A DNA stretch of 64,000 bases from Flavobacterium sp. (GCF_035299005.1 NZ_DATGXL010000005.1:5756-69755), one strand, 5' to 3'; counted from the first letter of the stretch, positions 36,081 through 46,498 are shown. The notes: generated by a model from the letters alone, not told the origin. A program made the numbers and translations.

Positions 36081-36984
36081 ATTTCTTTTTTGCTGTTTTT
36101 TCTCTGAAAATTTGTTCTAAGTTTTTACTTTTCAATACAATTTGTAATGTTCTCAAATTGTTTGATTGTGCAAAATCAAACAGCGTTGGACGCATATCAG
36201 TAGTTGAGGTAAAGGTTAATTCCCAAACTAAATCATGAGTGTTTATAGCAGTTTTTAAATTAAGAAGTGAAATAAAAATATTCTCATCAACCTTTTTGTC
36301 AAATTCTACCTCAATAATTTGTTCTGCTTCTTCAGTAACAAGATTATTTAGTTTTTTATCGGTTACAATTTTTCCTTTATCAATAATAATAATTCTATCG
36401 CAAATAGCTTCTACTTCTTGCATAATGTGTGTTGAAAGAAAAACTGTTTTGTCTTTCCCAATGTTTTTTATCAAATCACGAATTTCTACTAATTGATTTG
36501 GGTCTAAACCTGTTGTTGGCTCATCTAAAATCAACACATCAGGATTATGTAATAAAGCCGTTGCTAATCCCACACGTTGACGGTAACCTTTTGAAAGTTC
36601 GCCTATTTTTTTATGACTTTCAGGTGTTAATCCTGTTAAAGTAATTACTTCATCAATTCTCGATTTTGTCACTTTGTGTAAATCGGCGTTAAAAGCCAAA
36701 TATTCTCTAACATATAAATCCAAATACAACGGATTATGTTCTGGTAAATATCCAACCGACTTCTGTACTTCTTTTTGTGCCAAAGACACATCGTGTTCGT
36801 TAACAACAGCTGTTCCGCTATCGGCTGTTAAATAAGTGGTCAAAATTTTCATCAAGGTTGATTTTCCAGCACCATTTGGGCCTAAAAAACCAACAATTTC
36901 TCCTTTTTTTACAGAAAAACAAATGTTGTCTAAAGCTTTTTGGGTTCCGTAATTTTTCGAAATATTTTGAACTTCTATTGACAT
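36079..36984 (-). CDS. gldA: Gliding motility-associated ABC transporter ATP-binding subunit
   Basis: GPNGAGKST, LSKGYRQR, ILDEPTTGLDPNQ; N-terminus recognisably GldA-like. Confidence 0.85.
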   Translation of the reverse strand: MSIEVQNISKNYGTQKALDNICFSVKKGEIVGFLGPNGAGKSTLMKILTTYLTADSGTAVVNEHDVSLAQKEVQKSVGYLPEHNPLYLDLYVREYLAFNADLHKVTKSRIDEVITLTGLTPESHKKIGELSKGYRQRVGLATALLHNPDVLILDEPTTGLDPNQLVEIRDLIKNIGKDKTVFLSTHIMQEVEAICDRIIIIDKGKIVTDKKLNNLVTEEAEQIIEVEFDKKVDENIFISLLNLKTAINTHDLVWELTFTSTTDMRPTLFDFAQSNNLRTLQIVLKSKNLEQIFREKTAKKK

Positions 36985-37098
36985 AGCTTATAAATTTTAG
37001 CAAAAATAACCTTTTTTAAAAGAACTCAAATTTATTTAAAAAAGTATTTTAAAACCATATTTTTTATTACTTTAGCAAAACGCAATGTCAAAAGCACT

Positions 37099-37182
37099 AT
37101 GAATATAAATAGCACATTTTTTTATAACAATTCTTTTAACTTCTTCTACATAAAGAAGAGGGATTGTTTTGCTATTAAATAA
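37099..37182 (+). CDS. Phe/Tyr-rich attenuator leader peptide (27 aa)
   Basis: MNINSTFFYNNSFNFFYIKKRDCFAIK (6 Phe, 2 Tyr); contains gggattgt, complementary to the terminator 5' arm. Confidence 0.8.
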   Translation: MNINSTFFYNNSFNFFYIKKRDCFAIK

Positions 37183-37208
37183 ATCAAGAAATTATTTTAT
37201 AAACATAC

Positions 37209-37236
37209 AATCCCGATTTACATCGGGATTTTTTTT
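37209..37236 (+). terminator. Attenuator terminator upstream of pheA
   Basis: aatcccgat-ttac-atcgggatt followed by T6, 11 nt before the pheA ATG. Confidence 0.85.
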
Positions 37237-37247
37237 GCACATATATT

Positions 37248-38075
37248 ATGGAAGTTAAAGTCGCAATTCAGGGAATTCAAGGGTCATTTCATCATCAAGT
37301 TGCACATCATTATTTTGGAGAAGCAATTATTTTGGATGAGTGTGGTTCATTTAGAGAAGTTGTAAACAGTCTAAAGAATAATCAATCTGGCAAAGCAATT
37401 ATGGCGATTGAAAATTCGATTGCAGGCGCTATTTTGCCTAATTATGCTTTAATCGATTCAAATGATTTGCACATTATTGGTGAATATTTTTTGGATATTC
37501 ATATGAATTTGATGGTATTGCCCGGTCAAAAGATCGAAGATGTTAAGGAAGTACATTCGCATCCAATTGCCTTGTTGCAATGTGCTAATTTCTTCAACCA
37601 ATACCCACATATCAAATTGGTAGAAAGTTCTGACACTGCAATTACCGCAAAACGTATTCAAGAAAATCAATTAAAAGGAATTGGTGCTTTGGCTGGACCA
37701 GTTGCTTCCGAAATTTACAATTTGGAAATTATCGCTGACGGAATTCACACTGTAAAAAGTAATAAAACACGATTTGTGGTTTTAAAAGCGTCCAACAAAG
37801 AAATTTCGAAAGGACTTATTAATAAAGCATCGATAAAATTTGAATTAGATGATACACCGGGTTCATTGGCAACCGTTCTAAATGTGTTGAATAATTGCAA
37901 ATTGAATCTAACAAAAATTCAATCATTACCTATTATAGAGGCACCTTTTACTTATGCGTTTTTTGTTGATGTGGTTTTTGAAAAATATAAACATTTTGAA
38001 AAAGCGAAAAAAGTAATGGAAATTATGACAACACATTTCAAGGTTTTGGGCGAATATGAAAGAAGTAAGCAATAA
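37248..38075 (+). CDS. pheA: Prephenate dehydratase
   Basis: IQGIQGSFH, AIENSIAG, SHPIALLQC, NKTRF, ACT domain LTKIQS.P. Confidence 0.92.
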   Translation: MEVKVAIQGIQGSFHHQVAHHYFGEAIILDECGSFREVVNSLKNNQSGKAIMAIENSIAGAILPNYALIDSNDLHIIGEYFLDIHMNLMVLPGQKIEDVKEVHSHPIALLQCANFFNQYPHIKLVESSDTAITAKRIQENQLKGIGALAGPVASEIYNLEIIADGIHTVKSNKTRFVVLKASNKEISKGLINKASIKFELDDTPGSLATVLNVLNNCKLNLTKIQSLPIIEAPFTYAFFVDVVFEKYKHFEKAKKVMEIMTTHFKVLGEYERSKQ

Positions 38076-38111
38076 TAATTTAAGAATAAATAGTAATTTT
38101 ACAGTGAAATA

Positions 38112-39200
38112 ATGGTTATGGAAAATAAAAAAGAATTACGCACTTGGTTAGATGATTTTCAGTTGAATCACCCAATAGTTATTGCTGGACCTTGTAGTGC
38201 TGAAACCGAAGAACAAGTTTTAAAAATAGCACACGAATTGAAAAATTCGGACGTTTCGATTTTCCGTGCAGGAATTTGGAAGCCTCGCACACGTCCAGGC
38301 GGATTTGAAGGAGTAGGAGAAATTGGATTGAAGTGGTTGCAGAAAGCCAAAGCAGAAACAGGTTTGTTAATGGCAATCGAAGTGGCAACGGCAGCCCATG
38401 TAAAATTAGCATTAGCACACGATATTGATGTATTGTGGATTGGAGCTAGAACCACTGTAAACCCATTTGCAGTTCAAGAAATTGCAGATGCTTTACATGG
38501 GACAGATAAAATTGTATTACTGAAAAATCCTGTAAATCCTGATTTATCTTTATGGATTGGAGGTTTAGAACGCTTATACAATGCGAATATTAAGAAATTA
38601 GGTGTAATTCACAGAGGATTTTCTACCTATGAAAAAACAAAATACCGTAATAATCCAGAATGGCAAATTGCGATTGATTTACAAAACCGTTTTCCTGATT
38701 TACCTCTGATTTGTGATCCTTCACATATTACAGGAAAGCGAGATATGATTCAAGAAGTTTCACAACAAGCCTTAGATTTGAATTATGATGGATTAATTAT
38801 TGAAACACATATTGACCCAGACAACGCGTGGAGTGATGCAGCACAGCAGGTAACGCCAATGGTTTTAAAGCAAATGTTTTTAGATCTAAAAGTGCGAAAA
38901 ATTACAGATGATGAAAGCGAATACAACCAAAAAATGGCTAAACTCCGTATGCAAATTGATGAATTTGATGGCAAATTGTTAGAGATTTTGGGAAATCGTA
39001 TGAAAGCTGCCGATAAAATAGGTTTGTTAAAGAAAGAGAAAAACGTTGCCATCTTGCAGAATCAACGTTGGAATGAAATCCTAGGTAAAATGATTTTGGA
39101 AGGTGAAGAAAAAGGCTTGAGTAACGAATTTGTTATGCAATTATTTAAAGCAATTCACCAAGAAAGTATTATGCACCAAGAGAAAGTCATAAATAAGTAA
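38112..39200 (+). CDS. Bifunctional DAHP synthase / chorismate mutase type II
   Basis: IAGPCSAE, RAGIWKPRT, WIGART, HRGFS, DPSHITG; C-terminal LRMQIDEFD AroQ domain. Start may be 38118. Confidence 0.92.
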   Translation: MVMENKKELRTWLDDFQLNHPIVIAGPCSAETEEQVLKIAHELKNSDVSIFRAGIWKPRTRPGGFEGVGEIGLKWLQKAKAETGLLMAIEVATAAHVKLALAHDIDVLWIGARTTVNPFAVQEIADALHGTDKIVLLKNPVNPDLSLWIGGLERLYNANIKKLGVIHRGFSTYEKTKYRNNPEWQIAIDLQNRFPDLPLICDPSHITGKRDMIQEVSQQALDLNYDGLIIETHIDPDNAWSDAAQQVTPMVLKQMFLDLKVRKITDDESEYNQKMAKLRMQIDEFDGKLLEILGNRMKAADKIGLLKKEKNVAILQNQRWNEILGKMILEGEEKGLSNEFVMQLFKAIHQESIMHQEKVINK

Positions 39201-39216
39201 AAATCATAAATGTTTT

Positions 39217-39243
39217 AAAGGCAATCATTTGATTGTCTTTTTT
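39217..39243 (+). terminator. Intrinsic terminator
   Basis: aaaggcaatc-attt-gattgtcttt followed by T residues. Confidence 0.75.
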
Positions 39244-39329
39244 GTTTAATAAATGTTTTTAACAAATAAATTTTTATGAATTTAAGTTGTATTATTGCAT
39301 CAAATTTAAAACTATAACATTTTTATTTA

Positions 39330-40979
39330 ATGAAAAAATTATTATTTGTAGCTATTATTACATTGTTGTCAGGGATTAATTTGTCTCAAGCGCAATATAA
39401 TATTGAAAATTTAAAATTAACTTACGGTGAAGAAATTACAGATGAGAAAGGAAAAATTGTAAAAATAATTGGAGAATCTAATGATAAAATTTATGCATTA
39501 GGGTTAAAAGGGAAAGGATATTTTTTGAAAATTTTCACTTCAAAAGAAATGAAATTAGTTAGTAATAAACCAATTGAACTTCCAGAAGTAAAGGATAAAG
39601 AAATTGAATTTGAAGAAATTATTATGTTAAATGGTAGAGTTTTCATTATTGGAAGTGTATATCAAAGTAAAGAAAAAATCTTCAAGTTAGTAGGTATTGA
39701 GTTTTCTGAAGACGGAAAATTAAGTAAAAATATGATTTCCTTGTTTGAAGCCGAAGTTGAAAAAAAATCAAGAAGAGGAGATTTCTACTTTAAAACATCA
39801 GCTGATGAAACTAAATTATTAGCAATGCATGCATCATTATTTGGTAAAGAGGATGCAATGAAATATGATTTAAAATTATTTGACTCAAGTTTAACGACTT
39901 TATTTTCTAATACAGAAAAAGTTTCTTTTGATGATAATAAAAAAGATTTTGAATTTACAATTTCTGACTTTGATGTGAATTATAGAGATGATGCGTTTTT
40001 AGTTATTAATGAAAGTTACAGAGATAGTAAAAAGAAAGAACAAGTTGAAAAATTTCAAGTTTTTGCTTTCAAAAAAGGTAATGGATACAAAAAAGAAATA
40101 ATTGATATTAATTTTAAAGGGAAAGAAATTATTAATTGTTCAATGATGTCAACAAATAATGATAAAGTACAATTAGTTGGTTTTTACTCATCAGTCAGAG
40201 AAAATGGTAAAGCAAATAGAGAGTTGAAAGGAATTTTTAATGCAACTATTGATATTAATTCGAATATTAATGATAATTTAAAATTTAATGAATTTGATTA
40301 CGCTACTAAAGTAAAATTATTAGGAGAAAGAAAAGCAAAAAAAGGTAAGGACGTAAAGCCGTATTATAAAATTCATACTATTATTGAAAAAAATGATGGA
40401 GGGCTAATTATTTTATCAGAAGAGCGATTTATTTATGTTGGACAAACTCAAGGTATAGGGCCATTTGGATTAACACCAATTACTTATTACACAAACGAAA
40501 TGATTGTTACGTCATTGAAACCGGATGGTTCTTTAGAATGGAGTAATGTAGTTGCAAAAGATCAAAATGCAACAGCTACAGTAGCTTCAGTTTCAATGTT
40601 TGGAATGGGTGGAAATGGTGGATTTAATGTCGCTATCGGTATTTCTTTTCAATTAGGAGTTATGGGTAAGGGCCCAGAATATTTAAGTGCTATTCCTATT
40701 TACGCAGATGGTCAGTTAAATGTACTTTTTAATGACAACAAAAAAAATAAAGGGATTACGGATATGGATGAAATCAAGACATTAGGGAATTATAATAATG
40801 CCGTACCAACTTTATTTCAATTTGATAACCAAGGAAATATTACACGTAAAGATCCTGAAGAAGTTATTAAAAATGAATTGGTAATAAGGCCAGGAGTTTA
40901 TTATAGAAAGAGTAATAAAGAGTTTATTATATATGCTTCAAGAAAATCACAAGATAAGTTAGGCAGAATGACATTATAA
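39330..40979 (+). CDS. Exported hypothetical protein (beta-rich)
   Basis: 549-aa ORF with a signal peptide; no motif I recognise. Confidence 0.75.
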   Translation: MKKLLFVAIITLLSGINLSQAQYNIENLKLTYGEEITDEKGKIVKIIGESNDKIYALGLKGKGYFLKIFTSKEMKLVSNKPIELPEVKDKEIEFEEIIMLNGRVFIIGSVYQSKEKIFKLVGIEFSEDGKLSKNMISLFEAEVEKKSRRGDFYFKTSADETKLLAMHASLFGKEDAMKYDLKLFDSSLTTLFSNTEKVSFDDNKKDFEFTISDFDVNYRDDAFLVINESYRDSKKKEQVEKFQVFAFKKGNGYKKEIIDINFKGKEIINCSMMSTNNDKVQLVGFYSSVRENGKANRELKGIFNATIDINSNINDNLKFNEFDYATKVKLLGERKAKKGKDVKPYYKIHTIIEKNDGGLIILSEERFIYVGQTQGIGPFGLTPITYYTNEMIVTSLKPDGSLEWSNVVAKDQNATATVASVSMFGMGGNGGFNVAIGISFQLGVMGKGPEYLSAIPIYADGQLNVLFNDNKKNKGITDMDEIKTLGNYNNAVPTLFQFDNQGNITRKDPEEVIKNELVIRPGVYYRKSNKEFIIYASRKSQDKLGRMTL

Positions 40980-40985
40980 TAATTT

Positions 40986-41018
40986 AAAAAACCAAGAAAT
41001 TATCTTCTTGGTTTTTTT
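40986..41018 (+). terminator. Intrinsic terminator
   Basis: aaaaaaccaagaa-N6-ttcttggttttttt. Confidence 0.8.
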
Positions 41019-41097
41019 ATAACCTTTTAATATGAAACACTATATTTGCTGTAATTAATTGAAGTAGAATTTGAAAACTTCTAACTTTTAACTTTGA

Positions 41098-42075
41098 ATG
41101 ACAGGAATCGTATATAAATCTACCGGAAGTTGGTACACCATTAAAACAGAAAATGGTGATTTTTTGGAGTGCCGCATTAAAGGTAAATTTAGAATGAAGG
41201 GTATCAAAAGCACCAATCCTATTGCTGTTGGTGATCTTGTAGATTATGATATTGAAAACACAACTGATGAAACTACAGGAGTCATAATAAACATTCATGA
41301 ACGCAAAAATTATATTGTTAGAAAATCAGTCAATTTATCACATCAAATGCATATTATTGCGTCTAATATTGATGTGGTTTTTTTATTGGTAACCATTAAT
41401 AATCCGCCAACAACAACAAGTTTTATAGATCGATTTTTAGTAACAGCAGAAGCTTATGGAATAGAAGCTGTTTTAGTATTTAATAAAATCGATACGTTTG
41501 ATGACCCCACATTAGACGAACAATTATATTTACAACACGTTTACACTGAAATTGGCTACAAGTGCCTAAGGGTTTCTGCAAAAGACGGAAAAGGAATTGA
41601 CGAATTAAAAGCGTTAATGAAAAATAGAGTGTCAATGTTTTCTGGTCATTCTGGAGTTGGGAAATCTACTCTAGTAAACACATTAGAGCCTTCGTTGAAT
41701 TTAAAAACCAAACAAATTTCTGAATCGCACGCACAAGGAAAACATACTACAACTTTTGCGGAAATGTTTGATTTATCATTTGGTGCTAAAATTATTGACA
41801 CACCCGGAATTCGTGGTTTTGGAATTGTAGATATGGAAAAGCAAGAAATTGGCGATTATTTTCCAGAATTTTTTGCCCTGAAAGATCGATGTAAATTCAA
41901 CAATTGTTTACATAAAGATGAGCCACATTGCGCCGTTAAAAAAGCACTTGAAAATGATGAAATCGCTTGGTCGAGGTATAAAAGTTATACTCAAATTCTA
42001 GAAGGAGATGAAGAGCAATATCGCGCAGATATTTATGACGCTGAGCGAAAGGCAAGTGATGAAACCAGAAAGTAA
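41098..42075 (+). CDS. rsgA: Ribosome small subunit-dependent GTPase A
   Basis: FNKID, GHSGVGKST, GKHTTT, DTPG, CKFNNCLHKDEPHC zinc finger. Confidence 0.95.
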   Translation: MTGIVYKSTGSWYTIKTENGDFLECRIKGKFRMKGIKSTNPIAVGDLVDYDIENTTDETTGVIINIHERKNYIVRKSVNLSHQMHIIASNIDVVFLLVTINNPPTTTSFIDRFLVTAEAYGIEAVLVFNKIDTFDDPTLDEQLYLQHVYTEIGYKCLRVSAKDGKGIDELKALMKNRVSMFSGHSGVGKSTLVNTLEPSLNLKTKQISESHAQGKHTTTFAEMFDLSFGAKIIDTPGIRGFGIVDMEKQEIGDYFPEFFALKDRCKFNNCLHKDEPHCAVKKALENDEIAWSRYKSYTQILEGDEEQYRADIYDAERKASDETRK

Positions 42076-42104
42076 AAAGTAAAAAGAATCAAGTAAAAAG
42101 TGAA
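42070..42104 (+). repeat. Period-7 tandem repeat at the rsgA-dtd junction
   Basis: aagtaaa aagtaaa aagaatc aagtaaa aagtgaa. Confidence 0.6.
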
Positions 42105-42552
42105 AGCAGTTATTCAAAGAGTTTCAGAATCATCGGTTACCATTAATAACGAAATTGTAGCCCAAATTCAAAAAGGACTTTTAGTTTTAGTTGGAATTGA
42201 AGATACAGATAACCAAGAAGATATTGTTTGGTTAACATCAAAAATTGCTAATCTTCGCATATTTGCTGATGAAAAAGATGTGATGAATTTATCTCTTAAA
42301 GATATTGATGGTGATATGGTTGTTGTAAGTCAGTTCACTTTACATGCACTAACAAAAAAAGGGAATCGCCCATCTTATATAAAAGCGTCAAGACCCGAAA
42401 TAGCTATTCCGCTTTATGAATCTTTCGTAAAACAAATGGAAATAGAATTGGGTAAAAATATACAAACCGGGCAATTCGGAGCCGATATGAAAGTGAGTTT
42501 AGTGAATGATGGTCCGGTAACAATTATAATCGATACAAAAAATAAAGAATAA
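42100..42552 (+). CDS. dtd: D-aminoacyl-tRNA deacylase
   Basis: KAVIQRV, SQFTL, KGNRPS, GQFGADMKV.L.NDGPVT; GTG start. Confidence 0.95.
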   Translation: MKAVIQRVSESSVTINNEIVAQIQKGLLVLVGIEDTDNQEDIVWLTSKIANLRIFADEKDVMNLSLKDIDGDMVVVSQFTLHALTKKGNRPSYIKASRPEIAIPLYESFVKQMEIELGKNIQTGQFGADMKVSLVNDGPVTIIIDTKNKE

Positions 42553-42557
42553 ACCTA

Positions 42558-44459
42558 ATGAAACAGTTTTCCCTAACATTTTTACTGTTAAATTCTATTT
42601 TAATTTTTTCACAAGAGATTAAATATTCAAGTTTGCTAATCCCTAAAGATTTAGCTGAAAATGCCAATAGCATTATTAGAAATCAAGAAATATTGATTTC
42701 GGTTAATTCACAAAACTCTTTAACTATTAAAAAGAGAAAGGTCGTTACTGTGCTTAATAGTTTAGGGTTGAATAATGTTGACGCAAAAGAATATTATAGT
42801 AAATCAGAAAAAATAAAAAACATTGAGGCTATTATATACAATGATTTTGGTTCTGAAATTAAAAAGATAAAAAAGAAAGATTTTAGAGACCAAAGTGTTG
42901 CTGATGGGTTTTCTGTATTGACAGATGGAAGAATGTTGTACTTAGATTATACGCCAACCAGTTATCCTTTTACAATTGCATTTGAAAGCGAAGTTGAAAC
43001 TATTAATACAGCATTTATTCCAACATGGTATCCTATAGACGATTATTTTGAGAGTGTTGAAAAATCTTCAATAACGGTTAATTTTATTAATTCTTTAGGC
43101 TTTAAATATAAAGAAAAAAACTTTGAAAATAGACTGATAAAAAAAAGTGAAAGTTCAAATACTATTATGTTTTCTGCGGAAAATATTTTAGCTGAAAAGC
43201 CAGAAGATTATGCTCCATCGGCAGACAAAATTCTTCCAAATGTAGTTTTTGGATTAGATAAATTTAATTTAGAAGGATTTGAAGGTAGTGCTAAATCATG
43301 GCAAGAATTTGGAATATTATGGTATAAAAATTTAGTTTCAGAATCGGAAGAGATAAGTGAAGAAACTAAAAATAAGTTAAAAGCATTAGTGGCAAATGAG
43401 ACGGATGATTTAAAAAAAGCACAAATTGTTTATGAGTTTATGCAAAATAGAACTCGATATGTAAGTATTCAATTAGGAATTGGTGGTTGGAAACCAATGT
43501 TGCCATTAGACGTTGATAAATTAGGTTATGGTGATTGTAAAGCGCTCTCAAATTATACAAGAGTTTTATTGAAAAATGTTGGAGTTAATTCATATTATAC
43601 AGTTATATATGGTGATTCAAGGAAAAAAGACTTTGAAAAAGACTTTGTTTCAAAACAGGGAAATCATGTTATATTAACGATTCCGAATGGAGATAAAAAT
43701 ATTTTTTTAGAATGTACCAACCAAAAAATTCCTTTCGGTTTTGGAGGGGATTTTACTGATGATAGACATGCATTGTTGATTAAGCCGGATGGAGGTGAAA
43801 TAATAAAAACAACTATTTACACCGAATCTGATAACATCCAACTTACCGAGGGTTCTGTAAAATTAAATAGTAATGGCGCAATCAGTGGGGTCGTTAAGAT
43901 TGTTTCTAAAGGAATTCAGTATGATGATATATATGGTATAGAAGATGAAGCAAAAGAAGATGTTGAAAAACATTATAAATCATCTAGATTTCATTGGTTG
44001 AATAATTTAAAAATAAATGCTTATTCATTTAAAAATGATAAAAAGCTAATTGAATTTACGGAAAATCTTACTATAAATGCTGAGAATTATGTAAGCATTG
44101 TTGGAAACTCATTTATGCTTCCAGTTAATATTTTTAATCGAAAAACTAACGTTCCTCAAAGATATAGAATCAGAAAACAGCCTTTTGAAATACAACGAGG
44201 TTATACGGATATAGATATTATACAAATTAGCATACCCGAAGATTATAAAATAGAAGCTTTGCCAGACAATATTACAATTGAAAATAAGTTTGGAACATAT
44301 AAGTTTGAGATACTTACAAATAATAATTTAATTAATTATAAAAGAACCTTAATAATAAAACAAGGGTTTTATGACAAATCAGAATATGAAAATTATAGAC
44401 AATTTATTGAACAAATTGTAAAACATGATAATTCAAAAATTTTATTTAATAAACTATAA
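42558..44459 (+). CDS. DUF3857 / transglutaminase-like domain exported protein
   Basis: Signal peptide; RYVSIQLGIGG, GYGDCKALS, GNHVI Cys-His core. Confidence 0.85.
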   Translation: MKQFSLTFLLLNSILIFSQEIKYSSLLIPKDLAENANSIIRNQEILISVNSQNSLTIKKRKVVTVLNSLGLNNVDAKEYYSKSEKIKNIEAIIYNDFGSEIKKIKKKDFRDQSVADGFSVLTDGRMLYLDYTPTSYPFTIAFESEVETINTAFIPTWYPIDDYFESVEKSSITVNFINSLGFKYKEKNFENRLIKKSESSNTIMFSAENILAEKPEDYAPSADKILPNVVFGLDKFNLEGFEGSAKSWQEFGILWYKNLVSESEEISEETKNKLKALVANETDDLKKAQIVYEFMQNRTRYVSIQLGIGGWKPMLPLDVDKLGYGDCKALSNYTRVLLKNVGVNSYYTVIYGDSRKKDFEKDFVSKQGNHVILTIPNGDKNIFLECTNQKIPFGFGGDFTDDRHALLIKPDGGEIIKTTIYTESDNIQLTEGSVKLNSNGAISGVVKIVSKGIQYDDIYGIEDEAKEDVEKHYKSSRFHWLNNLKINAYSFKNDKKLIEFTENLTINAENYVSIVGNSFMLPVNIFNRKTNVPQRYRIRKQPFEIQRGYTDIDIIQISIPEDYKIEALPDNITIENKFGTYKFEILTNNNLINYKRTLIIKQGFYDKSEYENYRQFIEQIVKHDNSKILFNKL

Positions 44460-44463
44460 TAGT

Positions 44464-46497
44464 ATGGAAAAAATTAAATTCATAATTTATTTAACAATAA
44501 TATTTTTTGTAAATATTGTTTTTTCTCAAGAATATAAGCTTGGAAAAGTGACACTTGATGAGCTTAAACAAGATCGATGTGCTACGGATACATCGGCGGT
44601 TGCTGAATATCTTTTTTCTAAAGGAAAAACATATTTTGAGTATAGTCAAACAGATGGATTCAAAATAATTACGGAAGTTGAGAACAAAATTAAAATATAT
44701 AAAAAAGAAGGTTATTCTTACGGAAATTATGAAGTGCTATTTTACATAGAAAACAATAGTACCAAAGAACAAATTACTTTTTCCAATGCTATAACGTATA
44801 ATTTAGTTGGGGATAAAATTGAAAAAACAAAATTAAAAAGCGAGGGAGAATTTGAGGAACAGGTAAATAAAAACTGGGGCATAAAAAAAATTACAATGCC
44901 AAATGTAAAAGAAGGAACTATTATAGAATATAAATATGTTATTAGGTCACCATTTATATCATCGTTTCCAATTTGGGAATTTGAAAAGAAAATACCAGTT
45001 TTATATTCGGAATATGTTACTCAAATACCAGAATACTTTATTTTTAACTCAAATATAAGAGGAGGATTGAACCCAATAATTTCTGTTGATAAAAAGAAAA
45101 GAACAATAACTTTAAGAGAAATTGAACGTGTTCAAGGAAAAGGTATATATGAGACAGCAGTAAAGAATAATTTTGTTACAACAAATATAGATTATGAACA
45201 AGTAGAGACTAAATATATACTAGATAGTATTAATTCGTTTAATGACGAAGTGTATGTAAATAATATAAAGAATTATACATCTTCTATTAGTCACGAATTG
45301 GCGGCTACTAGATATCCAAATCAAGATTACAAGAATTACGCATTAAATTGGGAAAATGTAGTTCAAACAATATATGATGCTGAAGAGTTTGGAGGTGAGC
45401 TTAATAAAACAAATTATTTTGAAGTGGATATTGAGGCTTTATTAAATAATATTAATTTAGATGAGCAAAAAATAGATGTCATATATAATTTTGTAAAAAC
45501 AAAAATGAATTGGAATGGGTATATGGGATATTATACCGATAGAGGTGTTAAAAGTGCATATAAAAATAATATCGGAAATGTTGCAGATATTAATTTAATT
45601 TTAATTGCAATGTTGAGATATGGAGGCATAAATGCCAATCCTATTCTTGTAAGTACAAGGTTAAATGGAATTCCTGTTTTCCCCAATAGAAATGGTTATA
45701 ACTATGTTATTGCTGGAGTTGAATTAGATAATAAGACAATAATTTTATTAGATGCTACTAATAAAAATGCAAATCCAAATATTATTCCAGAACGGGCAAT
45801 GAATTGGTTTGGAAGGATGATTCGTAAGGATGGGACGTCTGAAATGGTAGATTTATATCCTAAAAAAAATTCTATTGAAAATGTTTCGATGTTGGCAGAA
45901 TTACAATCTGATGGAACAATAAAAGGCAAGCAAAGAAAGCAATTAACAGATTATTATGCGTTTTTATTTAGAAATGAAAATGGAAATAGAAATCAGGAAA
46001 ATTATATAGAGGAGCTAGAGAAGATAGAAAACCTTTCGTTAGTTGAAGAATATAAATTAGATAATTTAAACGATTTGACGAAACCAATTATTGAAACGTA
46101 TAGCTTTACTAGTAATAGCCTTGTTGATATTATTGGTTCTAAAATATATTTTTCACCAATGTTATTCCACCAGTTGAAAGAAAATCCATTTAAAGCTGAA
46201 AACAGATTATATCCAGTAGATTTTAATTTTCCAATCAAAGATTCCTATACCTTTAGCATTAAAATACCTGAAGGATATGTTTTAGAATCAAAGCCTGAAC
46301 CTATAAATTTAATTATGGAAGAGAATATGGGGTCATTCAAATATACTGTTGCTGAAAACATGGGTACAATTCAGTTTGCTTGCAGTTTAGAGATTAATAC
46401 TCCAATCATAGAAAGTTCATATTATCAACATTTAAAAGAGTTTTTCAATCAAATTGTCTTAAAACAAAACGAGAAAATTGTACTAATAAAGAAATAA
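44464..46497 (+). CDS. DUF3857 / transglutaminase-like domain exported protein
   Basis: KITMPNVKEGTIIEYKY, GNVADINLILIAML, YNYVI, LLDAT; catalytic Cys appears absent. Start moved from 44425 to 44464. Confidence 0.85.
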   Translation: MEKIKFIIYLTIIFFVNIVFSQEYKLGKVTLDELKQDRCATDTSAVAEYLFSKGKTYFEYSQTDGFKIITEVENKIKIYKKEGYSYGNYEVLFYIENNSTKEQITFSNAITYNLVGDKIEKTKLKSEGEFEEQVNKNWGIKKITMPNVKEGTIIEYKYVIRSPFISSFPIWEFEKKIPVLYSEYVTQIPEYFIFNSNIRGGLNPIISVDKKKRTITLREIERVQGKGIYETAVKNNFVTTNIDYEQVETKYILDSINSFNDEVYVNNIKNYTSSISHELAATRYPNQDYKNYALNWENVVQTIYDAEEFGGELNKTNYFEVDIEALLNNINLDEQKIDVIYNFVKTKMNWNGYMGYYTDRGVKSAYKNNIGNVADINLILIAMLRYGGINANPILVSTRLNGIPVFPNRNGYNYVIAGVELDNKTIILLDATNKNANPNIIPERAMNWFGRMIRKDGTSEMVDLYPKKNSIENVSMLAELQSDGTIKGKQRKQLTDYYAFLFRNENGNRNQENYIEELEKIENLSLVEEYKLDNLNDLTKPIIETYSFTSNSLVDIIGSKIYFSPMLFHQLKENPFKAENRLYPVDFNFPIKDSYTFSIKIPEGYVLESKPEPINLIMEENMGSFKYTVAENMGTIQFACSLEINTPIIESSYYQHLKEFFNQIVLKQNEKIVLIKK

Positions 46498-46498
46498 T

